Origin: Patescibacteria group bacterium
GTDB lineage: Bacteria > Patescibacteriota > Patescibacteriia > UBA9934 > GWF2-40-263
Assembly: GCA_018814025.1 (NCBI GenBank)
Contig: JAHJAM010000002.1
Span: 2,798-66,797, forward strand
Length of the DNA: 64,000 bases
Reading direction: 5' to 3'
How positions within the stretch are numbered: the first letter of the stretch is position 1; the number at the start of each line of letters is the position of its first letter. Positions 10,737 to 19,625 of this stretch are shown here, in pieces. The position numbers and the translations under genes are program-made. Under the pieces are notes generated by a model. That model was given only the letters and a program-made list of their open reading frames with translations. It searched no databases and was not told where the DNA came from.

Positions 10737-11732
10737 TTAGGCAGCGAGTCTGATTTGTGCGAACAAGCCGTTCCAACCGCCAATTTGTTGCCAGTTAATC
10801 GGTTTGGCGTTTCGGTAGGTTCGGTCTGGTCGAGCGCGTAACTTTGGATCTTCATGGAAACGTCGGAGATATTCAGCCTGGGTAATGATCCCGAGTTTGC
10901 GTATCGCTCCAATCACCTCGTTCAAGGTTTCGTAAGCGTCATGGCGCCTGGTTCGGCCAAGAAAAGCTGGCCAACCACCGTAGGCTTTCCAGACGCGATA
11001 GAATTTTTGATCTGGATGCGAGTAGAGACGCGGATCTTCGCGATAGCGCCGCTCATATTCCGGTTGGGATTGTATTCCTAAGCGGATTGCGGCTTCTGAA
11101 CAGATTTTCCAGTTCGCGTATTTTTTTGTTGGTTTTCTTCGGTTGAAAAATCCGTACCAACCGCCGTTTGATCGCCAATACTTTTTGTAACGATTCCACG
11201 GATCGGCCGGCAGGCGCGGATCTTCGTCATAACGCAACGCGTATTCCGTTTTTGTTTTGATACCAAGAGTGGCAACGGCAGCCGCGGCTTCATAGATGTT
11301 TGGATAGTAAGGGCCGCGTGCGGGTTTGGGTTTACGCTGAAGAAATGTATCCCAACCCGGCCAATCCGGATATTTGAATCGCGGTTGAGAATGAAGTCGC
11401 AGGTCCAGATACCGTTTGGCGTCGTATTCGCGCGCTGAACGGATATTGAGTTTTATGGCTGATTCGCTTGCCTGTTGCCAAGTTGGGTAATAATGATCCC
11501 TTAATTTTTTTATCAAGAAATCATCCCAACCTCGCCAGTCATTGGCATATTGTCTGGGCGGATTCGGTGGCAACTTGGGATCCAGCTCTTTTTTCTCCCA
11601 GTAGGTTAATTGGGAATAGATTCGGAGTCGGCGGACAGAAATTTTGGCTTCGATAAGGGAATTATAGTAGTCAGGCACTGAAATCTGTTCGCCGTCCAGA
11701 TCGAATAAGGCTGTGACATCTTTTTTTCGCAA
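10737..11732 (-). CDS. Five-unit 'integrase repeat' (PF14882-like) protein
   Basis: Five ~55-aa units ending W...GGW..FL; TTG start with SD AAGGAG; promoter TTGACA-17-TATCCT upstream. Confidence 0.8.
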   Translation of the reverse strand: MRKKDVTALFDLDGEQISVPDYYNSLIEAKISVRRLRIYSQLTYWEKKELDPKLPPNPPRQYANDWRGWDDFLIKKLRDHYYPTWQQASESAIKLNIRSAREYDAKRYLDLRLHSQPRFKYPDWPGWDTFLQRKPKPARGPYYPNIYEAAAAVATLGIKTKTEYALRYDEDPRLPADPWNRYKKYWRSNGGWYGFFNRRKPTKKYANWKICSEAAIRLGIQSQPEYERRYREDPRLYSHPDQKFYRVWKAYGGWPAFLGRTRRHDAYETLNEVIGAIRKLGIITQAEYLRRFHEDPKLRARPDRTYRNAKPINWQQIGGWNGLFAQIRLAA

Positions 11733-11826
11733 GGCTGTCTCCTTGTGAAAGAGCGAATTATTGCGGGCGTGGGTAGGATAGCGAAATTTGGGAATATGTC
11801 AAAGGTTGGATATGATATCAGTGCTT

Positions 11827-13149
11827 ATGCTTCCCGTTAAAATACAAGTTCAAAACAACCATCTGCCGGACAGTCCAGGCGTGTATTTTTATTACGACCG
11901 GGCCGGGGAGTTGCTGTATATAGGCAAAGCCACTTCATTAAAGAAACGCGTGGGGTCATATTTCGTTAAAGCTCACGACGACCGGATTGGGGAGATGGTC
12001 AGCCAGATTGCGAGGATTGACTATATTGAAACTCCGACCGTGATTGAGGCCTTGGTTTTGGAAGCTAATCAAATCAAGACTAAAAAGCCGAAATATAATA
12101 TTTTGGAACGGGATGACAAAAGCTTTTTGTATTTGGTGATTACTAATGAAGATTATCCGCGGCCGCTCCTGATGCGCGGACAAGAACTCGAGCGATTGGG
12201 AATTGATCCGTTCCGCGCGAAATTGACGGACAAGACCAAGAAAAAGTTTTTGGCCGTGTTCGGGCCGTATACGAGCGGGTCGTCACTTAAAAAAGCTTTG
12301 GATCTGATTCGCAAATTTATTCCTTGGTCGGATTGTTGGCCGCCGGAAGCGACCGGGCGCAAGCGAGCCTGTTTTAATGTGCATTTAAGAAAATGTCCGG
12401 GCGTGTGCACGGGCGCGATTAGCAAAAAGGACTATCGGCGCATCATCAAGCATTTGATCATGTTTTTTGAGGGCAAGAAGCTGCAATTGATCAGACAGAT
12501 GGAAAAAGAAATGAAACAGGCGTCCAAAGCGCAGGAATATGAACGGGCCGCGGATTTGCGCAACAAGATTGGCGCGCTCAAGCACATTCGGGATGTGGCT
12601 TTGATTGTTAAAGAAGATTTTGAACTGCCGGTAACACGGGTCAAAGAAGAAATGATTGATTTGGATGGCCGCATCGAGGCCTATGATATTAGCAATATTT
12701 CCGGCACTTCGTCCGTGGGTTCAATGGTCGTGTTTGAGGAAGGCGTGCCGGCCAGGGATAAATATCGCAAGTTCAAAATCAAAACCGTGCCGGGCGCTAA
12801 TGACGTGGCCATGCTGGAGGAAGTGATGCGGCGGCGGTTGAAGCGGTCAAAAGATTATCCGCAAACTTGGCCGTTGCCGGAAATAATGGTGATTGATGGG
12901 GGAGCGGGCCAGGTGAATCGGACGCAAGCGGTTTTGGATGAATTGCGCGTTAAAGTGCGGATTATCGGCATTGCCAAGGGTTTTGACCGCAAGCAAGATC
13001 GGTTGGTTTTTAATCGCGAGGATTTGGAACTGGCGCGCGTGGCCACGCGCGGCAAGGAAATTTTTCAAAAAGCGCGCGATGAAGCGCATCGGTTCGCGAT
13101 TAAGTATCATCGGCAGGTGCGAGGAAGGAAGTCTTTGGGTCAAAATTGA
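11827..13149 (+). CDS. uvrC: Excinuclease ABC subunit C (no C-terminal HhH domain)
   Basis: GIY-YIG (PGVYF..LYIGKA), UVR coil, RIEAYDISN, IDGG.GQ, RDEAHRFA. Confidence 0.95.
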   Translation: MLPVKIQVQNNHLPDSPGVYFYYDRAGELLYIGKATSLKKRVGSYFVKAHDDRIGEMVSQIARIDYIETPTVIEALVLEANQIKTKKPKYNILERDDKSFLYLVITNEDYPRPLLMRGQELERLGIDPFRAKLTDKTKKKFLAVFGPYTSGSSLKKALDLIRKFIPWSDCWPPEATGRKRACFNVHLRKCPGVCTGAISKKDYRRIIKHLIMFFEGKKLQLIRQMEKEMKQASKAQEYERAADLRNKIGALKHIRDVALIVKEDFELPVTRVKEEMIDLDGRIEAYDISNISGTSSVGSMVVFEEGVPARDKYRKFKIKTVPGANDVAMLEEVMRRRLKRSKDYPQTWPLPEIMVIDGGAGQVNRTQAVLDELRVKVRIIGIAKGFDRKQDRLVFNREDLELARVATRGKEIFQKARDEAHRFAIKYHRQVRGRKSLGQN

Positions 13150-13207
13150 TTTTTCCACAGCCAAGACGGTTGACAAAGGCGATTTTTTTGGTTATGTTAA
13201 ATAGACT

Positions 13208-13552
13208 ATGGGGAAAATTTTACAACAAATTGAAAAGATTCAGGGAATCTTAGTGACCATGGACAAGCGTTTTGATTCCATGGATGGGCGGATTAATACT
13301 GTTGAAAGATCCATAAATCAGATAATGGATTTTTTGAAAGAACACATGTTAATGCGTCAGGAGGCGTATGAGATTTTTGTCACAAAAGATGAGGCAAAGG
13401 TTATGAAGGATGAGTTATTGACGGCAATTGATGGGAATACAAAGAAAGTAAACGATTTTGATGCTGAATTGGCGGCTGGAAGATCTCACAGACTAAGACT
13501 AGAGGGTAGAGTGGACAAAATTGAGAAGAAAATGGGAATTGCCTCAGCTTAA
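13208..13552 (+). CDS. Coiled-coil hypothetical protein
   Basis: Heptad-rich sequence; promoter TTGACA near 13170 and terminator 13561-13594. Confidence 0.7.
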   Translation: MGKILQQIEKIQGILVTMDKRFDSMDGRINTVERSINQIMDFLKEHMLMRQEAYEIFVTKDEAKVMKDELLTAIDGNTKKVNDFDAELAAGRSHRLRLEGRVDKIEKKMGIASA

Positions 13553-13603
13553 AAATAAAAAAAGCCGCCCTCGGAGTACCGGGGGCGGTTTTTTGGTCGG
13601 CGG

Positions 13604-14227
13604 TTAAGCGAAATTGATGATTTCGCCGCCATCCGGCCAGGGTGATGGGCAATAGCCGCTGAGCGTAATGAACAGGACCGGCGGCGCTTCTTGGCGCCAG
13701 CCTTGAAGAACAGCCGCGATTTGGTGCGGATGATCCGGCCGCATTTCTTGCCGGCAAATGTTTTTGGCCATCGTGATGATGACCGCTGAGTTTAAAGATT
13801 CTCGCCCCGTGAATTTGGAGGCGCTTTGGGCGCCCGGTTTCAGGTTGAGCCGGAGAAGATTATCCGAACGCAGGATTTTATTTGGCCGGAAGGATTGGCC
13901 CGAATAGAGCTTTTTGGCTTTGGAACGCCACCAGCCTTGCGAGACGATCGAGAGATCGATTGGCGCACTGCTAATGACCAGCACCCAATCAGCCAGGACG
14001 ATTTGTGTGCCGTCCGCGGAAATCGCGACCGCCTGATCAAAATCTTTTTCCGCTTGCGCCACAATTTCGGAGACGAGAATCGATAGATCGGGTTCGGTTT
14101 CGTCTTGGCAAAAAGTGCGGAATGGTTGGCCGGGTTTAAGATTTTGTCGCTCTCGAAGTTTTGAAGCAACGCGGTGCAGGGAGAATTGGCGTCGCAATTC
14201 CTCGTTGGTTCTGGAAAAAAGAACCAT
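13604..14227 (-). CDS. Hypothetical protein, paralog of 16135-17106
   Basis: MVLFSRTNEELRRQF and QAEKDFDQAVAISADGTQI match the 323-aa ORF; SD GAGG. Confidence 0.7.
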   Translation of the reverse strand: MVLFSRTNEELRRQFSLHRVASKLRERQNLKPGQPFRTFCQDETEPDLSILVSEIVAQAEKDFDQAVAISADGTQIVLADWVLVISSAPIDLSIVSQGWWRSKAKKLYSGQSFRPNKILRSDNLLRLNLKPGAQSASKFTGRESLNSAVIITMAKNICRQEMRPDHPHQIAAVLQGWRQEAPPVLFITLSGYCPSPWPDGGEIINFA

Positions 14228-14365
14228 TTTTTCCTCGGGTCAGGCAAAAGCGTTATGCCGGTTTGGGTTTATATTTCGGATCAGTTTTTATACAATTTCA
14301 TTGAAGCAAATTGCGCTCCGTACGTCAAAATAAAAAACCGCTCTCGGATGAGAGCGGAAAGAGAT

Positions 14366-14596
14366 TTACGGTCGCGGACTGCTGATCAATTCGCGAACTT
14401 GCTGATAGCCGCGAATGAACGCATAGCCAACCAGAGAAAGGTGCATGGCCACGATCAGACACAGCCACCAGAGGCCGTGGGCGCGCCAGAGGACTAGGAT
14501 GAATGCGCCGCCAAGGACCGTGAAAAAGAGCAAAAAACCGATGAGATAAGCATTGACGATATCCCGTTCGGAAGGCGGCCAATGCATTTGGCGCAT
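14366..14596 (-). CDS. Small 2-TM membrane protein
   Basis: Two hydrophobic segments; starts 3 nt after the upstream stop. Confidence 0.6.
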   Translation of the reverse strand: MRQMHWPPSERDIVNAYLIGFLLFFTVLGGAFILVLWRAHGLWWLCLIVAMHLSLVGYAFIRGYQQVRELISSPRP

Positions 14597-14599
14597 GTT

Positions 14600-14986
14600 T
14601 TACCCCGCCCAAAAACCGGAATAAACGGTTCCGTTATGGTGGAGATGGATGAAGATTTCCGCGCGCCAGCCTTCGTCTAGGCGGTCTTTCATGGCATTGC
14701 CCAGAAAAGAGGCCAGGCGGGCCGCGGCTTTCAAAGGATCATTCGGACTTTCGTGCGGACTGATTTCCACGGTCGCCACCACGGTTTTGTCTGCACCTGG
14801 TTCGGTTTGCGACGGGCCGAAGACCACATGGACCATCTCTTTCCGGATGATGCCGGGCAGGCGCGCATCCAGGACATGACGGCGCATGTCTTCGCGCACT
14901 ACGAATTGCCAGGTGTCGTTTAGGTTGGGTCTGCGTTCCGGATCGTTGAGACTGGCCGGCCAGTTTGAGATCGTAATCAACGTCAT
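14600..14986 (-). CDS. Tautomerase-fold-like hypothetical protein, paralog of 15607-15984
   Basis: Start MTLITISNWP with SD GAGGTG; similar to MPLITVWNWP...PGI....V.V.F. Confidence 0.65.
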   Translation of the reverse strand: MTLITISNWPASLNDPERRPNLNDTWQFVVREDMRRHVLDARLPGIIRKEMVHVVFGPSQTEPGADKTVVATVEISPHESPNDPLKAAARLASFLGNAMKDRLDEGWRAEIFIHLHHNGTVYSGFWAG

Positions 14987-14994
14987 GTTCCACC

Positions 14995-15150
14995 TCACCG
15001 ATTGTCTGTGGTGTAGGACGGCTTCTCGGTCGGCGCCTTGGGCACGGGTTCGGTATAAAGGTAAAATGTCCCGGCGATTAGGATTAGCGCTATAACAATG
15101 CTGAAAATGGTCAGGATGCGAGTGTCGCGCTCGCTGTTGGCCTTGCTCAC
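14995..15150 (-). CDS. Small single-TM protein (51 aa), absent from the ORF track
   Basis: GTG start with SD GGAGG; MSKANSERDTRILTIFSIVIALILIAGTFYLYTEPVPKAPTEKPSYTTDNR; promoter TTGACA-17-TATCTT near 15214. Confidence 0.65.
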   Translation of the reverse strand: MSKANSERDTRILTIFSIVIALILIAGTFYLYTEPVPKAPTEKPSYTTDNR

Positions 15151-15289
15151 AACAAACCTCCGTAGTTGTCTCTCGCGGACAGCTTAAGATAGCCATTTTG
15201 GGGAAATTTGTCAAGTGTTTCGGATAAAGATCGAAGGCGACCCATTGTTTAATTAAAAGAAAAAGCCCCGAGCTGGCTCGGGGCGTGGA

Positions 15290-15583
15290 TTAGGTAACGG
15301 GTTTGGGTCCGGGGATGTCGTCAATCGAATCCACAAATACCAAGAAGGATTCATTGGCCACGGGAACGTATTCGGCCGTGGTTGGGTGAAGGAACTGATT
15401 CGCGACGAGCAGCCGTTGGGTTTTGATGATTTCGGTAAAATGGGTGTGATGCTGGAGAATGCTTCCAAGATTAGCCCCTTGTTCAAAGCAATAACTGTAG
15501 ATTCTTTTTGAGGCTGAATTATGCTCCCAGTCTTCGCCGGGTTTGAATCGGCCCTCGACGTAGATAATGTTGAGGGAAGGCAT
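15290..15583 (-). CDS. Hypothetical protein
   Basis: SD AAGGAG; terminator at about 15255-15290. Confidence 0.65.
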   Translation of the reverse strand: MPSLNIIYVEGRFKPGEDWEHNSASKRIYSYCFEQGANLGSILQHHTHFTEIIKTQRLLVANQFLHPTTAEYVPVANESFLVFVDSIDDIPGPKPVT

Positions 15584-15606
15584 GGGTGTCTCCTTTCGCT
15601 TCGGAG

Positions 15607-15984
15607 TCAGACGCAGAATCCGTCCTTGACCGGGTCAAAGCGCTTGACCGCGACCTCGACGTTCCATTCGTGAGTGGTCGTCTTGTTGATAAGTTTCAGA
15701 GCTTGCTGGTGCAAGGTTTCGGCCAGATGCTGACGGATTTCGGAGGTGCGCTCGGGGAGGTCATGTAACAGTTCGACGATGATGATCAGGGTGCGGTCGT
15801 CGGACAAAACCTGCGAGCCGGCGAAGCAGACGCTGACCAGTTCCGGGCCGTCGATGCCAGGCACTTCTGCGGACACGCAAGCCTCGCGCAGCAGATGGGC
15901 AAAACCATTCTGTCCTTGGATAGTGCCGTCGGAAAACGGTGTGGAAAATTCCACGGGCCAGTTCCAAACTGTGATCAGGGGCAT
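15607..15984 (-). CDS. Tautomerase-fold-like hypothetical protein (Pro after Met)
   Basis: MPLITV start with SD AAAGGAG; 'IIVELLHDLPERTSEIRQHLAETL' beta-alpha-beta pattern. Confidence 0.65.
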   Translation of the reverse strand: MPLITVWNWPVEFSTPFSDGTIQGQNGFAHLLREACVSAEVPGIDGPELVSVCFAGSQVLSDDRTLIIIVELLHDLPERTSEIRQHLAETLHQQALKLINKTTTHEWNVEVAVKRFDPVKDGFCV

Positions 15985-16078
15985 GGGTTGTCTCCTTTTG
16001 AAAGAACGATTCACCTTTTGAAGCCGTGACAAACGCGTCGCGGGCTCAAGAAGTGCCCCGAGCGGACTTGGGGCAAGC

Positions 16079-16112
16079 TACGAGGTTTTTTACGATCGTA
16101 AAAAACCTCGTA
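16079..16112. repeat. Perfect 34-bp palindrome (family shared with 32641)
   Basis: TACGAGGTTTTTTACGA|TCGTAAAAAACCTCGTA. Confidence 0.95.
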
Positions 16113-16134
16113 AGAAAGAATTTGCGGTAGTGAT

Positions 16135-17106
16135 CTAGCGGACTCGGCGCGGAATGATTTTTGTCGGTTCCGGCAGAGGATATTGGCAATTGGACGCGGT
16201 GGTGATGAAACGACGCGTGTTGTCAAAGTATTTTTCGTCGCGCAAGTAGATCTGGTTGAGGGCATTGAAGTCTTCGAGCGTGAGTTTGGTGTGTTCGAGC
16301 CAAGAAAGAAAGTTGATCTTACGGTCATTCTCTTCAAGATAACCAATATCGGTCAAGAAAAGCTGGTCGCTTTTCGCTATGGCGCAATAAAAGGCTTCGC
16401 GGTGTTGCCGGCCCGTATCGCTCAGCATAATTTTTTGTTGAAGAAACGGCGTTTCCGGATAGAGTAAAAAACGATCCTTTTCGACCACGATCACTTCAGT
16501 CGCGGTGATGATTCGAGTTCCATCTTCCGAACAAGCAACTGCGGAGTTGAAATCATCACTTGCTTGTTGTCGAATGGTTTTAATTGAGTGCTGGAGTTCA
16601 TTTACCAAGAAAGTTCTGGCTTTGTGTTTTGGATCCGTGCGGTTTTGCCAAGACCAGAGCAACGCGTCAACAATCATGATCGCATTCGGTGTCGCGGGTT
16701 CACCTTTTGAGTTCGGGAAGAAAATCGCTTTTTCGTGCGATGATGTGAAGATGAAGATCGGGACACTTCCAGTCAGGTAGATCTTTGCTTCGTGTTCAAT
16801 CAGGAAATTCCAGAGGGGGCTGAATTTGTTTTGGGTCAGGTTTTCGCGACACCAGAGTTGGTATTGCGAGTGGGCCGGATTGATTGGCACAGCAAATTTC
16901 TTTAGCACATCATAGTTATCTTCTTTGATGATCCAAGAGAGCTGGATGCGGCAATTGTTCCAAAAGGTCGCATTTGGTTGTTCGACGTTCGACTGTTGAA
17001 CGACTATTTGTTCGACGTTATAACAGCCGAAGTTGGTCTCTTCAGCGAAACGATTCCGGACAAAGGCCTCGCGCAACTCTTCGTAGCTTTTTGTGAAAAG
17101 AGCCAT
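16135..17106 (-). CDS. Hypothetical protein, paralog of 13604-14227
   Basis: 323-aa ORF; SD AAGGAG; promoter TTGACA-17-TAACTT near 17228. Confidence 0.75.
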   Translation of the reverse strand: MALFTKSYEELREAFVRNRFAEETNFGCYNVEQIVVQQSNVEQPNATFWNNCRIQLSWIIKEDNYDVLKKFAVPINPAHSQYQLWCRENLTQNKFSPLWNFLIEHEAKIYLTGSVPIFIFTSSHEKAIFFPNSKGEPATPNAIMIVDALLWSWQNRTDPKHKARTFLVNELQHSIKTIRQQASDDFNSAVACSEDGTRIITATEVIVVEKDRFLLYPETPFLQQKIMLSDTGRQHREAFYCAIAKSDQLFLTDIGYLEENDRKINFLSWLEHTKLTLEDFNALNQIYLRDEKYFDNTRRFITTASNCQYPLPEPTKIIPRRVR

Positions 17107-17270
17107 GATCTTACTCCTTCTACGGAGGGTGTTCGCTGGTTTCTAGGCCTTGAACACCGGTTAATCGAATGGGCAGAACATCTACCCAAAGGACACGTTA
17201 AGTTAGCCAGTTTTGTAGGATTTGTCAAGGAGAGGGTAGGTAGGGAAATAGTAGGTAGGGTAAAAGGGAG

Positions 17271-17279
17271 TTATCCACA
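17271..17279 (+). promoter_or_regulatory. Consensus DnaA box
   Basis: TTATCCACA upstream of the mraZ promoter. Confidence 0.55.
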
Positions 17280-17314
17280 GATAAAAATATTTTCTTGATT
17301 TTAAAGGGAAAAAT

Positions 17315-17380
17315 TAGTGGCTTAAAGTGTTGACGCATGTATGATGGTGGGATATGATGGAGGCATGTGGAAATAAGTGG
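17315..17380 (+). promoter_or_regulatory. mraZ promoter with 10-bp-periodic MraZ-type boxes
   Basis: RTGK boxes ending at 17320, 17330, 17340, 17350, 17360, 17370, 17380; TTGACG-17-TATGAT promoter within. Confidence 0.8.
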
Positions 17381-17468
17381 GGATTGGCCGGACTGGATCT
17401 GGCTGATGCTCACTTTTTATTTTTTAAGTGTTCCACTTCATTTTTCCTGAGTTGAATCACAGTTCAAT

Positions 17469-17900
17469 ATGTTTATTGGAGAATACAAACATAACATTGA
17501 CGAGAAAGGACGCTTAGCCATCCCGGTTAAGTTTCGTTCTGACTTGGCCAAAGGAGCTGTGGTGACGCGAGGTCTGGATACTTCGCTTTTCCTGTTCCCC
17601 ATGGAGGAGTGGGACAAGTTGGCTCAGAAATTAGCTAATTTGCCCCTGGGGCAGTCCAACAGCCGTGCCATCGCCCGACTCATGCTTGCGGGTGCTATGG
17701 ACGTAGAAATGGACAAACAGGGAAGGGTAGTAATCCCGGAGTACCTGCGAGAATACGCGGGTATGAAAAAAACAGTCGTTTTAGCCGGACTATATAACCG
17801 ACTAGAGATCTGGGAACAAAGTAAATGGGAAGAGTACAAAGCCGCAACCGAAAAGGACGCGGAAGAAATCGCGGAAACATTAGGAGAGCTAGGAATTTAA
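17469..17900 (+). CDS. mraZ: Division/cell wall cluster transcriptional repressor MraZ
   Basis: MFIGEYKHNIDEKGRLAIP, DKQGRVVIP, RLEIW. Confidence 0.97.
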   Translation: MFIGEYKHNIDEKGRLAIPVKFRSDLAKGAVVTRGLDTSLFLFPMEEWDKLAQKLANLPLGQSNSRAIARLMLAGAMDVEMDKQGRVVIPEYLREYAGMKKTVVLAGLYNRLEIWEQSKWEEYKAATEKDAEEIAETLGELGI

Positions 17901-18055
17901 TTCGAACATAGGGTAACGCGATTATCACACATCAGCTTGTCGATGTGTGATAGACGTGCAACCTTACGTGAGCCAAAGCGAGAGAAAAGAAAAGTTTACT
18001 TTTCTTTTCCGAGCGCGGCGAACGCAAAGGGCGTGAGCCCTTTATCCAATAAGGT

Positions 18056-18934
18056 ATGATTGCGCACAAACCGGTTTTGCTCGAGGAAGTGATTGCTCTT
18101 CTTGAGCCAAAATCGAACCAGAGTTTTATTGACGCCACAGTGGGGCAGGGTGGGCATGCTCACGAGATATTGAGCCATACCCATCCTGATGGGCGTCTGC
18201 TGGGCATCGACCGCGATGCTCCGAATCTCAACATCGCCAAAAAGCGCCTTAAGCCTTTTGGTGCGCGAGCGGTTCTGGTTCAGGACAGCTACGCCAACGT
18301 AAGCACCCACGCTTATGCTCATAAATTTTCTCAAGTTGATGCCATCCTGGTGGATCTGGGTTTCTCCTCGGCTCACATTGATGATCCGAAGCGAGGCTTC
18401 AGTTTTCAACAGGAAGGGCCTTTAGACATGAGGTATGACACGCGGCAGAAGTTAACGGCCGCGGAGATCGTCAACACTTGGGATGAAGATGAGCTCGCTC
18501 GGGTCTTTAGAAAATTAGGAGAGGAAACTTATGCTCGTCAGATTGCCAAAGCAATCGTGAAAGCCCGTGTGCTAGGGGACTTTCAGACCACGACCCAGCT
18601 CGCTGAGCTGATTGTCAAAAATAAACGTCGTGGCGGAAAGATCCATCCGGCAACGCAGGTTTTCCAGGCTTTGCGCATGACCGTGAATCGTGAGCTGGAG
18701 GAACTCGAGAAGGCTCTACCGGAGTTTGTCTCGCTTCTTCGGCCAGGAGGACGGCTGGCGGTCATATCCTTCCATTCCTTGGAGGACAGAATTATTAAAC
18801 AGTTCTTTGCGGATAAACAAAAAAACAAAGAAATAAAGATCCAAACTAAAAGACCAATCACTGCGACTTTGTCAGAAATAAAAAGCAATCCTCGGGCGCG
18901 CAGCGCCAAGCTACGAGTCGCGGAAACAGTATAA
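18056..18934 (+). CDS. rsmH: 16S rRNA m4C1402 methyltransferase
   Basis: HKPVLL, DATVGQGGH, DLGFSS, PLDMR, SFHSLEDR, NPRARSAKLR. Confidence 0.97.
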   Translation: MIAHKPVLLEEVIALLEPKSNQSFIDATVGQGGHAHEILSHTHPDGRLLGIDRDAPNLNIAKKRLKPFGARAVLVQDSYANVSTHAYAHKFSQVDAILVDLGFSSAHIDDPKRGFSFQQEGPLDMRYDTRQKLTAAEIVNTWDEDELARVFRKLGEETYARQIAKAIVKARVLGDFQTTTQLAELIVKNKRRGGKIHPATQVFQALRMTVNRELEELEKALPEFVSLLRPGGRLAVISFHSLEDRIIKQFFADKQKNKEIKIQTKRPITATLSEIKSNPRARSAKLRVAETV

Positions 18935-19149
18935 GGGTCAGGCCAAATATCCTTAAATGGATCTCTGCATCAGGAAGGGTAGAAAGTAGAAAGTAGAAAG
19001 TTTACTAGCTTTATACTCCACCTATTGCAGAGGTCCCCACTACTCAAAAACAAAAATACTACGGCCTGATACGCAGGCCCGTGACGGCCAAAATAGCCGC
19101 ACGGGCCATGCCCTTATAACGGGGTGATTGGCAAAACAAAAACCAAATT

Positions 19150-19503
19150 ATGTCTCCTTTTGCTCAAACAATGTTTGCGCCGTTATCGAATCGGCGCAGC
19201 TTAAAAACCCTCCTGGACAACAACATCGTCATGATTAACGTTGTCAGTCTGGTCTTGGTGCTGGCCGTGATTCTGATGTATATCTTTCAGGTGAACGGGG
19301 CCGTGACCAAGGGTTATCAAATGCGCGATTTGGAGACGCGAATTGAATCATTAACGTTAGAGAATCAGAAACTGGAAGTGGTGGCGCGGGAAGCGCAATC
19401 ATTGGATAACGTGAAAAATTCCGTGAAGATGCTGGGATTCGTACCCGCGGAAGTGCCGACCTATACGAATGGTTCCGAACCAGCGTTGGCATTAGCGGAA
19501 TAG
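19150..19503 (+). CDS. ftsL: FtsL-like cell division protein
   Basis: Position after rsmH; single TM followed by coiled coil ending 'LGFV'. Confidence 0.65.
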   Translation: MSPFAQTMFAPLSNRRSLKTLLDNNIVMINVVSLVLVLAVILMYIFQVNGAVTKGYQMRDLETRIESLTLENQKLEVVAREAQSLDNVKNSVKMLGFVPAEVPTYTNGSEPALALAE

Positions 19504-19625
19504 GAGCGGGAGCTAGAGGAGCTAATTACTCGGGGATGACCCGAGTTTTTTAATTAGTTCCCTTAGCTCCTTTAACTCTTCCGGCTCTTCTAGCTCCCGT
19601 GCATTTCGTGATATAATTTTCTTAC

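Noticed and set aside
17229-17315. Replication origin
   Set aside because: Only one consensus DnaA box, no box cluster, and no dnaA/dnaN nearby.
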